Shown in pieces: positions 22,801 to 35,900 of a stretch of DNA of 64,000 bases. Below the pieces are notes generated by a model, which saw nothing but the letters and a program-made list of their open reading frames with translations, did not search any database and was not told the DNA's origin. The position numbers were made by a program, and so were the translations under genes. How positions within the stretch are numbered: position 1 is the first letter of the stretch; the number at the start of each line of letters is the position of its first letter. The stretch comes from Antedon mediterranea (Eukaryota; Animalia; Echinodermata), in NCBI RefSeq assembly GCF_964355755.1, contig NC_092675.1, positions 17,518,912-17,582,911 of the forward strand, read 5' to 3'.

Positions 22801-25800
22801 TAGGCCTGACAAGTTTAAGTGCAATTTGTGAGAACCTAGCATCTCTATTTTCTTAAATGTTCTTGGCTCAGCCCCAACCCTGCCAGGGCTGGTCCTTATT
22901 ATATATATCTTTTCATATTTCGAATTACTAAGTGTGATTTCCGGGGACCTGCAACTCTATTTTTTTAAATTTTCGTAGATCAGGCCCAACCATGGTACAG
23001 TAAGGTCCAGGAGACCTATATATTTTGTTTCATATTTCATTGTATAAGTGCAATTTTTTTTTAAATTGTCTCGCATCAGCCTTAAGCATGGGGCTGAGGT
23101 ACAGTGGAGGCTCTGTTTGATATTTCAAATTGTAAGTGCCATTTCCGGGAACCTACCAGCTAAAATTTCTCGGATCAGCCCCAGGGGAAGAGGGTTGGTT
23201 AGGAGAAAAAGTTGCATTTACAATTTTCCCACTCCCTCAGACAGCAACTATGCCTCTCTATGTATTCAAAGTTTATTCACTTTGTTTACAAATCATTGCT
23301 TTATTTCAATTGCTAATTTAATGGCTTAATGATTCCATTAAAAAAATTACCCTCTGCCACACGATAAATCATTAAAAGAAAATCATACACAAGCATGTTA
23401 ACCGCCAATATGTAGTGAAATTACTACTTCACATACATTAGTACAGTATCTTCAAAATATTTAATTTGAAAGGTGTGAGAAAGTGACGTCAATGTATCCA
23501 TACACAGTGAAATATTCAGGTGTTGGGCTGGGACCAAAAGGAAAAGAACATCTAGGACATTGTACACAAATTGCCATTTTCTACAAGAAACAAGAAGTGA
23601 ATATTAGTCGTGAGCATGAAAGTGTAGCAAAATGTCAACCCTATAAATTAGTAAGTATGACAGGTGCCTTTGGCAAAGATTGCGTTAAGACAAGCTTTTT
23701 AGTTCCTATGCATGCAATGCAAAGGAATCTTCTAAATAATAAATTATGTTATTAAATGGTAGTTCTTTAATAAATACCATAAAAAAAATGTATCAATCAA
23801 TTGCATATGAATGTCTGTCCCCGTCAGGGGTCTGGTTTTTTTAATTGTATCATAACAAAGTCATTAAGACATCTTTGGCAGACCTTTTTTGTACCAACTG
23901 TTTATTGTGGTGCGTTTGCTCCGTCCCATTGGATGCTGTTTTGTTTTTACCGTCAAAAGACAATAGCTAGTCATCTGTGTGACACAAATGTCATGCAGAT
24001 GGAAGGCAAGTTGGTAAATGGTGTTTTATCTTTATGAATGGGTGCAGTAATTGAAATAGTGGGAACAATTTGAAAGCATTAATTTGTCGAAGGCGCCTAA
24101 ATGATATCAATGATGATTGGTGAAAAAACTAAATGTCAAGAAAGTAGTGGTTAGTCCTTTTCCTGTTACTTTCTGTTTGAGGTTACAGCAGGCAACAGTT
24201 GTGTTGTGAGGTGTTGAATGATCATAAAATCAAAATGGTAGTATATATTATGATCAACTAGTCACCAACTAGCCATCCATTCACAGAAGTACTGATCATG
24301 TAGTAGTCTATCTGTACGGCGACTATAAATGAACCCGAGACATAACTTACCCTACGATTATTAGCTGATAGAAGATTGAAATATTTTGTTATGTCTCCAT
24401 AACATCCACCTTCACTGCCACACAGTCTGCCCTCTAGCCTTCGGCTTATATCAACTCCCTGATACACCCCTTTTTTTTTGTAAATTTAAACCATGACTTA
24501 CATTTCAGATTGCTGAAGCTGTGCATCCATTTAAAGAAAAAAGGCTTGATAGCAGGCAAAATATTTTGTTTGAAGTGGAGTATTACAACAGAATTTTAGC
24601 AAATTCATTATTTACAGAGACGGATGAGGATTATGTCATGGTGCCTTTGGAGAAGCTTCTTCAGTTTCAAAAGTTGTCAGACATATGTGGTAATGCTGAA
24701 AAATTAAGGTATTTTTCTATGCTTTTATTGAAATTTTCCTAGGTCAGGTCAATCAATGTGTCATCGGAACTTATATTTATCTATGTAAGTTTTTATATTG
24801 TGCCCTACAAAGAACAAAGCGCCTAGCAATACTAGCATTCTTAATTAAAAAGAAAAAGTTTTAGGTTGACATTTAAATCGATGCCAAATTCACTCTTCTT
24901 AAATCGACAGAAAGCGCGTTCCAGATCCGCGGAGCAGTGATAGAAAGAGCGTTGTCACTAGCTGTCCGATTAGATCATAAAACTAAAAGTTGGGTGGAAT
25001 CATTAGACGACGATATCTGTAATTAAATATAAGCTGACGGTTAAACCTAATTAAATAAAAAATGTACAAAAAAACAACAGAGTAAATACATTTAAAAACA
25101 ATAATTTTTTTTTATATGAAGCCAATGCAGATCTTTCAGTAAACCATCCAAGGGCTGATCCCATCCACACACAAAGAGCAGCAGCGCTTCCTTGTTCTGC
25201 AATCACTGTAACTTAAAACTTATGACTTAAAACATCATACCTGTGTCGAGGTGAGTGCAGTATCTCTGCATGCGCAAAATTAACTAACATAACAAAGTTT
25301 GGTAATCGGTCGTCAAAAATCAAAAGCTCTCTGGTAATGAACATGTTACTGATTATTAAGCACGTTTACTGCACTGATACAAGCGCTATAATAGTGCCTT
25401 TTTTATAATACAGTACTTTATTAGGTACAGTACAATGCATTATATCATGCATATAAGCTCATTGATTCTTTCCTTACCATTATTTTGTTCATCAATTATC
25501 TTGAGATCTATTTTACTCTTAATGGCTTGGAATTTCTCTAACAAACTTTTTATGGCGGGCAATTGGTCTATGATCATGTTTGTAATCATATCTTCACAGC
25601 CAGCTATCATAATTAAACAAAATTTAGTGCTCATAAATTTCAGGTTATGGGAATAAATTAGAGCTTGTTTCAGTCAATTTTAAGTGTTAAAAATTCCTAC
25701 TGGTGTGCACATCGTTACAGTACTGTATTACAACTTGTATACAGTGTTATTGTGACATTGCTTGAATTTGAATGCAGGATGATAGGATTAGTAATCAGAA

Positions 25801-26202
25801 AAGACATGACCACAACTGAGATACTGTAAACAATTGCCAGACACATTGCCTGACACATAAATTCTGCTGACATTTTCTGTTGTACTAATATGAATATTGT
25901 GTAATTAATACATGTTTTGGAGTTTAAACGAAAGAAACAAATAAAATCTAATAATTACCTGGATAATGTTAATTATGAAACTTTAATTTCAGTTTTTTTC
26001 TTTCTCGCTTTCATTCAGAGAAGTAATTAAAACATGCGATGTGATTCAGCTAAATTATGGTGAAACAGCAATTGTAAATCAACGACAGTATGAAGCAGAA
26101 TGGTCGTCAGACAGTGATAGTGACTTGCCAACTGAATATATAGAAAATAAAACCAAAGCAGAAGGTTCAAATGAACAAATACAAGAACAAATCTGGGATT
26201 AA
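16701..26202 (+). CDS. HENMT1: Small RNA (piRNA) 2'-O-methyltransferase Hen1, complete, 381 aa; exons 16701-16850, 20814-21064, 22204-22386, 23473-23650, 24509-24708, 26019-26202
   Basis: F-S-P-F-LYQQR; SAM motif VIDMGCGEC; GVDVD; LYEGSV...DDRL; metal motif EVIEH; IITTPNSEFN; FRHWDHKFEWTRQEFQSW; SGVG...GHCTQIAIF. All introns GT-AG with consistent phases. Confidence 0.96.
17685..20604 (+). mobile_element. Two Helentron-associated (HINE/DINE-1-like) elements, one (17750-19228) nested in the other
   Basis: 5' AGGTTATATGCAT...GCATATAACCT inverted repeat; (TTTA)n microsatellite; 3' subTIR ATGCATATAACCT plus hairpin AATTCGTCA-TAG-TGACGAATT and CTAGTT; two ~1.4-kb similar bodies. Confidence 0.85.
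20814..21064 (+). CDS. HENMT1: HENMT1 exon 2
   Basis: VIDMGCGECQLL...FAFVE; donor GTTAGT. Confidence 0.94.
22204..22386 (+). CDS. HENMT1: HENMT1 exon 3
   Basis: IEHLNPE...FRHWDHKFEWTRQEFQS. Confidence 0.95.
23473..23650 (+). CDS. HENMT1: HENMT1 exon 4
   Basis: CEKVTSMYPYTVKYSGVG...GHCTQIAIF...PYKL; donor GTAAGT. Confidence 0.92.
24509..24708 (+). CDS. HENMT1: HENMT1 exon 5
   Basis: IAEAVHPF...VPLEKLLQFQKLSDICG; phase-consistent. Confidence 0.88.
26019..26202 (+). CDS. HENMT1: HENMT1 terminal exon
   Basis: Strong pyrimidine tract plus CAG; EVIKTCDVIQL...SSDSDSD...QEQIWD*; AATAAA at ~26634. Confidence 0.8.
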
Positions 26203-26733
26203 TTGTTTTATTATCTAACCAAGTGCAAAATATAGAAGAGTTGGCCAATTGTTTGGTAATGCATAGCATTAACATATTTCAACTGGATTTCAAAACAACA
26301 TCACTTTTTAGTGGCTTATCTAAATATTATATAAATTATTTCTTTTAGCTTGTTATGACTATTTTGATCAATTGGCTCACCACTACTAGGGATTGTTGTA
26401 GTTGTTTGCAGTTGTGAGTCAGCTACGACTGACTTTGTGAATGGCAATTGTATACTGTATGAGATCATGATATATAATAGGCATCACATCACATCTTCTT
26501 TTTAATGTATTTATACTGTACACAAAAAGTGTACTAGGCCTATGTGGTAACAGTTTTTACTCTATGACCTTTGTTTGACAAATGTGATAGGCATACTTTA
26601 GTTAATAGCACCTTGCCATTGGAACACTGTATTAATAAATCACTTCTGAATGTCCAAATACCCCAACATGACGTTACATGTCTTAAAAAGTGAGGTGTAT
26701 AATTGTTGAATGTAGTTACCAGATCAGTGTTAC

Positions 26734-26916
26734 CATAGAGATATTATAGTGAACTGGAGAAACAACTGTCATTCAGTCCTTTGACGATCATTCTGACCGC
26801 CCTGATAATAATCAACTAGCATGCGACCACCTAATTAGTTAAGATAAACAATTAGCTGTGCATGCCGATTGACCATTACGTCATACTTACCCACAGTTCA
26901 CTATAATATCTCTATG
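26734..26916. mobile_element. P-element-like MITE
   Basis: TIR CATAGAGATATTATAGTGAACTG; 7-bp TSD GTGTTAC. Confidence 0.88.
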
Positions 26917-27932
26917 GTGTTACACAATCTGCTGTGTATCTGAAATGTTTTTTAACGTTTCGTCAGCATAAAATGATGGTTCAGTCCCACCCTGCAATCA
27001 AAACACAATATAACAACCAAAAACAGGTACTTGTACATCAGATCCCCAAATCTACCCAGTCTTAGATACCATATAGACGTCTATAAGAGGCAAAGAAGCC
27101 GCTTCGTCTGTATCTAATTCAGACAAGATGCTTCACTCCCAGTCCCATGATGTCCTCATACTTCGGGTAAAACGTAGTCCCCCTCAACACATATTTTTTA
27201 AATGGGATATCCACCCTCACTTTTGGATGCAAAACCATATAATAGAGAGAAATGGCGAACCGACGTCTAAAATCCGAGTGGGTATAAAATCATAACAAAC
27301 CGTTGAGAGCGACACATTTCCTATGTTTATACACGTGAATCATGGCGTCGTCTAACCAACGTTGTTGCTGTAACACTCATCATAATTCTTGTTGTATTTG
27401 TGTATTTACACAATAAAACAATGAAATATGTATAAAAGTCATCCATCATTCACAATCATATTCCTAAAAATATCTCATATCTGTAGGTCTACATTAGACT
27501 AGGCCTATAGTATTTTAGTAGAATGGTGTTATCAAGTATTCATTACTGGCGGTAGTTTGTAGATTATATCAGAATAAAGCACACAAGACAATTTTCACAT
27601 ATATCACTATAATTATGCTGCCAATACAAAATTACTTGAACAAAAAGTGACAAGAGCAACAACATTTAAGCTCTTCTTCAATTTACATGGAACTCTGTAG
27701 TCTTGTGGTATTGCACCTAATCAATTACATCATAACAAATAAAAAACACAATTAAGATGATACAAAAAAGGTTTCATCTTTTTAAATACGTTCATAAAAA
27801 TATAAATATATTAACAAAAAATACCAATAATTCATATTTCAAGAGACAATATGTATCAATAATGAAATAAAAAGAATCAATCTGAGACGATATAAAAAGT
27901 ATCTATAATCTGTACATAATGATAAATAAATA

Positions 27933-28047
27933 GCATTTAACACTTGTTTGCAGGACTTGCAGGAAAAAGTACATTTAACACTTGTTTGCAGGACTTGCAG
28001 GAAAAAGTACATTTAACACTTGTTTGCAGGACTTGCAGGAAAAAGTA
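27933..28047. repeat. ~38-bp tandem repeat x3
   Basis: CATTTAACACTTGTTTGCAGGACTTGCAGGAAAAAGTA three times. Confidence 0.9.
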
Positions 28048-29594
28048 TCACAAAATGTGTAAACATACTTTGAGATATATTTTTTAAATATTTACAATAT
28101 CACAAGTAAGCATAGTTAAACTATAAACATAAATAAGTTTATAATCTATTATAACTTATTAAAACTACTTTGGATACAAAATAAAACTACTTTGGATACA
28201 AAATAAAACACCAAGTACAGAACATTATGATGATACCATAGAAATCATATGTTTACAGTTGCATATAAAAGTATATTACAGATAACATAAATGTGCTAAT
28301 CTAGAATTTTATAAACAATCTTTATTGTTCTTTTAATTTTGCAGCTACTAACTGTAGCTAATAAATATCTATCTACAGTTTTTATACAGGTTCAGATTTG
28401 GAAGAAGATAAATTGGATTTTTAACAATTAGCCAGATTTAGTAATTTATTCCCTAATTTCAAAAACATTTTTTGGCAATGCTGGAAAACCATTATAATTA
28501 AACCTGAATGTAGCAACACATTTATTAACATATAAATATCATTCACAATATTGTATCTAACATGATAAAGGTGGGCTTTATTTTATGTAAATTGTGATAT
28601 TTTAAGGGTAAACATTTAGAATACACATACTGGTATCCATACCAATTGGTTTGTTTGCCATTAAACAATGAAAGGTAAATTGGTTTTTTTTTAGATCTAA
28701 TTTTTGGTTAAAGTTAACTATTATTATGTGACATTAAAATGAAATATTCAACAAAACAAATTGTAAAAAAATATTTTTTCAACATGTTATACACACAGAT
28801 TGTCAACATTACATTTATATTCACAAAACTGTAGGCTTTTAAAAAATTTAATAGAATTTTTTTCCACAAAATAACTTAAAATTCAATTACTGTAATGCTC
28901 TTTTCACACCAACGCCGTACTGATATACAATGTTCATGGAAGAAATTTGATAATACTTGTAAATGTTACTGATATTACATTAAATTAAAGAAGCAGCACT
29001 CATGGATGATGTGATATTGACATCATCACAATCACACAACAAGTAAACTAATTTAGTTTTGTTGCCTACATGATATCTTCTTGGAGATACTTTGTATTAA
29101 ACATGTACAGTAGTATATGCCACTGAGTATGGAAAACTATCTGTGACAAGACAGTTGAATTTGTAGCACAGGTTTTTGAACATAAATCACTTATTACCAC
29201 ACGTAAACATATATAACAAAATACATCAATTAAGTCAATTCATTTATAGGTCATTAATTATATATTTAAAACAATGTAGAGGAAGATATTATTTTATTTA
29301 AATCTTCAAAATATAATTGGTTTAGATTTCCTGAGTTGTAGGCAAACATTGACATATAATTCACAAGTAACTAATTATATACCATAGTTTTTATATTCAG
29401 TTGACCTTAAGGATAATATTGGTGTTTACATGAATACACAAAAGGAATGTTGAATGTTTGGTACCATGAACTTTCTACATTATCTCACTCAAGATTTTTA
29501 ATTCATCTTTATACAAATATGAGATAATAGAAAAAATGTGTTTGACTTGAAGCTTGCAACAACCAGGCAACAAGTTGAGTATATTACATGTTTT

Positions 29595-29928
29595 TCACTT
29601 TTTCTTCTTACTTCCTTTCTTTTTAATTAGTGGTGGTGGTTCACGGCGTGCATCTTCAGTCGTTGATTCTGTTCGACGATGTTTTACTGCACCACGTCGG
29701 TCAAATCGCGCAGGTCTTCGTTTTTGTTGAATGGTTGCTCTGTTTTTAAAGCTTGCAAGTGGTTTGTGAGTAGGTGGGTTGTCAAATGACACACCTTGTT
29801 CTAATTGTACACCTTGATTGTTGTTATATAGACTTCTCAGATACATTTGACCTGATCTCATCCTAAATGAGTCATCATTGATACCTGCTTGGACATCCAA
29901 TGTTGGAAGAGTAGCAGTTAGATCTTGA
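29595..29928 (-). CDS. MYO9: MYO9 terminal exon
   Basis: [10 protein letters not shown]...KKKGSKKKK*. Confidence 0.88.
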
Positions 29929-32900
29929 CTGCAGAATAAACAACAAATAATGTTTTGAAATAATGTATGTGAAAGCAAGTATGTGTCAAAATACAATTTC
30001 TGACCATATCCTTGGGTATTACAGTTTAGAAGACTTTTAAAAGTGTGTTCACATTGAATGAAAACAAATACATGGAATCTCTGAAACCACAGCTCAGAAA
30101 ACTGAATATCCTGATAAACTGGACGTTTTTTTAAAAAGCCTAAAACTATTCCTATTCCATTAATAAAACAAAATCACAATAAATAAATTTCCTCAATTGC
30201 AAATTCCAAATGATTTATTTAGTTTGAACTAAAATATCAGATTTGATTAACCAACTGTTTCAAAAGTATGATTTATTCACGAGAAAATAATTGTATAAGA
30301 TCATCCTAGCTAATAATGAAAGAAAAACTTGTGTTCTGTTTTTGGAAACCTGCTCTTTTTTACTATCCCAATGATGTGCAGTTTTTAGAGATCCCACTGT
30401 ATTCTGGTAATTGAAACTTAGTTAATTAGAAAATTACAAGTTGGTTGTCTGCTGACATAAATTAAAAAAAATTTAAAAAAAATTTTAAAAAATACTTACA
30501 CTTCTTGTTTTAAAGATCGGATATGCTCTGACAGAATGTTAGCTTCTTCTGCATCCTCTGACTGTCCGTCAACATCCACCACATCATTTACCTTGGAATC
30601 TTCTTCTTTCCGCTGTTCACCCTTTAAATAAAAAGGCAAATTTCTTTAAGGGTTTCTAAATTTTAGAAATTTATCAGTTTAGAATTTTAACATAACTAAC
30701 AATCGTATGTAGCCACTTAAAATATAATAAGTCTCATGATGCAAATAGGCAATTAATAGCATATAATGTATTCAAATCACTAGGGTCAGTCTTCATAAAT
30801 ATAATAAGGGTGATGATGCAAATGTAAGCAAATAGCCAATTAGAATATTAATATATTCAAATCATTTGGGTCAGTCTTCATAAATATAATAAGGGTCATG
30901 ATGCAAATGTATGCAAATAGGCAATTAGCATATTAATGTATTCAAATCACTTGGGTCAGTCTTCATAAATATAATAAGGGTCATGATGCAAATGTAAGCA
31001 AATAGCAAATTAGCATATTAATATATTCAAATCACTTGGGTCAGTCTTCATAAATATAATAAGGGTCATGATGCAAATGTGTGCAAATAGCCAATTAGCA
31101 TATTAATATATTCAAATCACTTGGGTCAGTCTTCATAGATATAATAATGGTCATGATGCAAATGTATGCAAATAGACAATTAGCATGTATTAGTGTATTC
31201 AAATCACTAGGGTCAGTCTTCATAATTATCAGTAAATAATTGAACAACCTAAATTTTAGTGGAAAGTCATAATGAAAAATGTAAGTATTTCTGCCACAAA
31301 GCCAATTATCGACCACAACCAAATCTACCCTGCTTTACTATATTGAAGAATAATACTATAGTGACTTACGATGGCCATTGTCTTGCGGATTTCTGAGAGT
31401 CTGAGAGTAGCTGTGTTGGTGACACGTTCAAGTGTTCTGATATCATTCATAGTGCTTTGAACCTTTTGCATCTGCTGTGATATTATTAATTCCACACAAC
31501 TATACAAAAAAAAAAGTACAATAAAAATGCTAGATTATAAAAAAGTTTCTGCTATAATTTAGAGGAAGATGTTTAGCCCTGTTACAACCGCTAATGTAGA
31601 AAACACCTCTCGTAAGTGATCACCTCCTCTCATAAGGAACCGCTTCTCATAATCGACCACACCTCTCGCAAGTGACGACCTCTTAAGGACCAGCAACTCT
31701 TGTAAGGGACTGCTTCTCGTAATCGACCACCTCTCCTAAGTGACCTCTTTTAAAGGACCACCACCTCTCTCTTTACTTATCAATCTATCCACCAACTTTC
31801 AACAAGTGACTACCTAGCAAGCAACTACCTTTCGCTTCTCATAATTGACCACGACCACTTATTGTAAATGACCACCTCTATTAATCCACCACCTTTATTA
31901 AAGGACTCGTAAGCAACCGTAACTGACCACACCTCTCGTAAAAACCTCTTTAGAGGACCACCACTTCTTAAGGGACCACTTCTCATAATCGACAATCTCC
32001 TGTAATAACGACCTCTCGTAAGTGGCCACCTCTATTGAATGACTACCGTCTCTGTTAAGGGACCACTTCTCAAATTCAACCACCTCTCTTAACGACCACA
32101 CCACTTGTCAGAGAGAGAGAGGTTGTGGTCCCTTAAATTAGGTGGTCGTTAACAAGAGTAGTTGCTTACGATGTATGGTCGTATTAGAGAGGTGATCGCT
32201 TACGAGATGGCGGATAGACTGATAGCAAAGTAAGTAAATAATGCAGATGCATTTGCACCTGATTTAGACATAGGTTTGTAAAATATATATTATTTTCTAC
32301 ATTAGCTGGCGATAGTAACTACAAATAGCTGGGAGGCAATTTTTGTTACTACATTAGCTGTTGACTGTTTCTACATTAAGTGGTGTTGATTTGTATTTAC
32401 TACATAAGCTGTTGGTGTTTCTACATTAGCTGGATGTTTTACTACATTAGCGGTGGATGATAAGAAGTGTCATTTTATGTAGAAATGTAAGACACATACC
32501 TGGCTTGTTTAGAAACGTCCTGAAGTGCCTCCCATGGGTTGTTCTGTCTAGGGCTTCTCATAATGCATGGTGCAAACACAATTGATAAATTACTCGCTGA
32601 CATCCTGTTGTATTCTTCATGCAAAGCAACTCTGTATAAAATATAAAATGCGGATAAGAATTAATGTTGAAATCAATGCCACAAAATATTATGTATGCAT
32701 GTGTATAGTAATATTATGTATGCATGTGTATAGTAATATTATGTATACATGTTATATAGTAATATTATGTATATGCATGTTTATAGTAATATTATGTATG
32801 CATGTGTAAGTAATATTATGAGTGTGTGTATGTGTATAGTAATATTATGTATGCATGTGTATAGTAATATTATGTATGCATGTGTATATTATTATGTATG

Positions 32901-35900
32901 CATGTGTATATAGTAATATTATGTATATGCATGTGTATAGTAATATTATGTATGTGTATAGTTAAATGAAAAAAATGATTGAAAGAATATTTTGTTTTTA
33001 TATTCTTTAATTTTAAGATTTAGTCATTTGTAAGAAACTAGAATGCACACTCCTTGGCCTTTAAATGGGCTATTACCTATGAATAGTGATAGTTTCAAAG
33101 TGTAGCAAGGAAGTGGTATAGGCCTACCACCAACAAAATAAATATGTCTGCTTAAGCCACTAATAATGGGTCATGAATACAGGGGAAGGACTGTAGACTC
33201 GAGGGCACATCCACATGTCTGAGCGACTGTAAGCGGTTAGGCCCTCTTGAGCCGAACAGTTCGTGAGCGAGGAAGTTTATATACATGACATATATGGTAT
33301 GTATTTTATCCTAAAACATAATATTAAATCAAAGAATGGGATAATAGTGGAGGGCAGTAGAGGAAGTGGGAGTATAACTGAACTAATGCAATAGCTGATA
33401 CAAACATGACCTGCTGACCTCGTTGGATTAAATTACACAAACAGGAAGTACTCATCTCAATCCACTGGAACTTTTAGGCAAATTACAGTTGAATTTACAA
33501 CTGCATGTTACTTCCTTAAATCAGCAACAGTTAATGAAACAAATCAGAAGTTTCAGTTATAGGCTGTACAGCAAACATAAAAATTAGCCTTAGTTCCTTG
33601 TTAAATAAAATGACTACTAAAATGAAAGAGAAATTTACCTTTTTGTCGTTTTTAAATAATTATTTCTCTAAAATGACAGGATACATTTCATGGAACTGTT
33701 GGCGTAAGCATTCTTATATTATTAGTTGACAATCAACTAAAGGTCTTTTATTATGCTTAATGAGGAAAAGGAAAAAATCTTTTCAGCTTCACTGTAGTAA
33801 GGCCTATTCATATTATCAGTCTCTCTATGTTTGTGATATCTCAATATCAAGGAAACATACAGTGTGTCCTACAGGTTAGAGCTTTAAAACAAGAAATTGT
33901 CACATGTTTCTAGTTTAGGGTATGTTCAGACTCGCAGCATTAGGTTTGTTATCTAACGCAAAACGCAACGATCAACATTCCAATTCATTGCGTTTAAAAC
34001 ACTGATCACTAGGTCTAAGCAAATAAAACTATGTATACATTCATGACAAATGCATGAAAGTTTACATCGTAAAATTGTGTTTTGTTTTCTTTTTCTACCT
34101 TCGAATATGCAACATTTTTGTTTTCTACTTGCAGAAGATAGTAATTTCAAATAATTATTAAACAGAAAAGTATCTGATTAATTTTAAATTAATCTTAGCC
34201 TATAGTACATGGATCGTTATAGAACGATCGCTTGTATCACGCATGCGTAGAAAGGAAGAAACATTTGTATAATTAAAAGATGATTTAAGTTAGTTAAGCA
34301 AGTCATACGATAGGCAAAAGGTCGTCACTAGGAAGGGTGATAGACAGCCATAATGTATAGTAATTTTAGCTATAAAATGCAGTAAATGTATATGAATAAG
34401 GGAAGCTAAATATCCTGCCAAAGAAGTGAGTCTAATTATGTTAGTAGAGTCTTAAGTGTGATTTTATTAAGCCAAGCTAGTAGGCTAGCCTCGATCATAC
34501 TTCATAAGCTACAGCGCGAGTAGGCTCATACTGTGATTAACGCTGTTGTGCGTTGACGGTTAGACATGCGGCGTCGCATGTATTATGGAGCGACAATTAT
34601 GTAAGTTAATTGTTTGATAGACGCTGAGGGCGTTTATAGTTTGTTTGTTGCATGAGTTGAGGGCGTACGTTAAAATTGTTATTATTGTTGTTCTGAATAC
34701 AATTTGTATGGGTTATTTCTGTTTACTTACAGATTGAATAAATACACAAAGCTTAAAAAAGGCTTTATATACAATTAGCAGGAGTTGTTGTTTTCTTACG
34801 TATTGAGTTTCCCTGACGTACCAGTACAGGTATAGATATACTATATGATCCAAATCCCAACTCTAATCGATTTAAAAACAACCACTAATTGGGATAACTT
34901 TACTCTGTGAGGTATTCCAAAATTGGTTACAATTTCAATATACTATAGGTGGAGGTATGCACTCTCGAGTGCCCTTTTAGTTGTAAATGTTCTTTTTCAT
35001 AAAGTAGAGTCATAGAAAAAATAACATAAATAGATGAAATATATACAAAATAGAATTACCGTGCTAAATGAAAGACGAGGCGTTCAAATAGTGCATGGTT
35101 TGGTTTTGGAAGTTTCTCAATGGCTTCTTGAAGTGCTGCGACACGCTCCTTATAATCAACAATTTGTATTGTTCGCAGAAACTCATCATACATTTGAAAT
35201 GTAATCAAAGGTTCTGGCATCTCTCGGAAGAAAGCTTTCAGTACTTGACCAACAACCAAAACTGTATATGAACCTAGGTCAATACTTTCAACATCTAGAA
35301 AAAACATGTTGAGAAAAATTGTTTATAAATTATATTAAGTACAGGTAAAAATAGAATATTCTTCTTTTTTTTTCACACTGACTAGGGTATATGCCTATGG
35401 ATTAGTTAATTTGCTTGAAAATTAGTGTCAGTAGTTTTGGCTAATCTTAGTACAGCTAGCAAACTGGCATGTTGAATAATTAAATGAATCTTTATGAGTG
35501 GAATTGTACCATTCCATGAATATAAAACATTCATTATTTGTTTTATATAATATCAAAGAATATATATATCAGAAGAATGAGTAATCCGCGGTTTTCCCTG
35601 CAACAGTTTTCCATGTGATCGAGGTCGGGATGTATATGACTTTTTGTGATCATTCTTCTGATATATTTTCATTATATAGAAAGTCATTTATTCCAATCTC
35701 CATAACTATATTATATAACAGTAAAACATGTATATAAGATTAGTATTACTATAACTGTGTCTTACCATAGCTGCACATTCATTCATTCATTGATAACATT
35801 TAATTAGATAACTTTCATTTGAATCAGATTTTATAACTACTGTAGTGTTAATTATGCCCAAACAATCCTAGGCCTAGCAATGCTAAGAAGCCTGGCCTAG

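Noticed and set aside
34200-34885. Solo LTR
   Set aside because: It has an AATAAA and higher CpG content, but no clear TG...CA ends or TSD.
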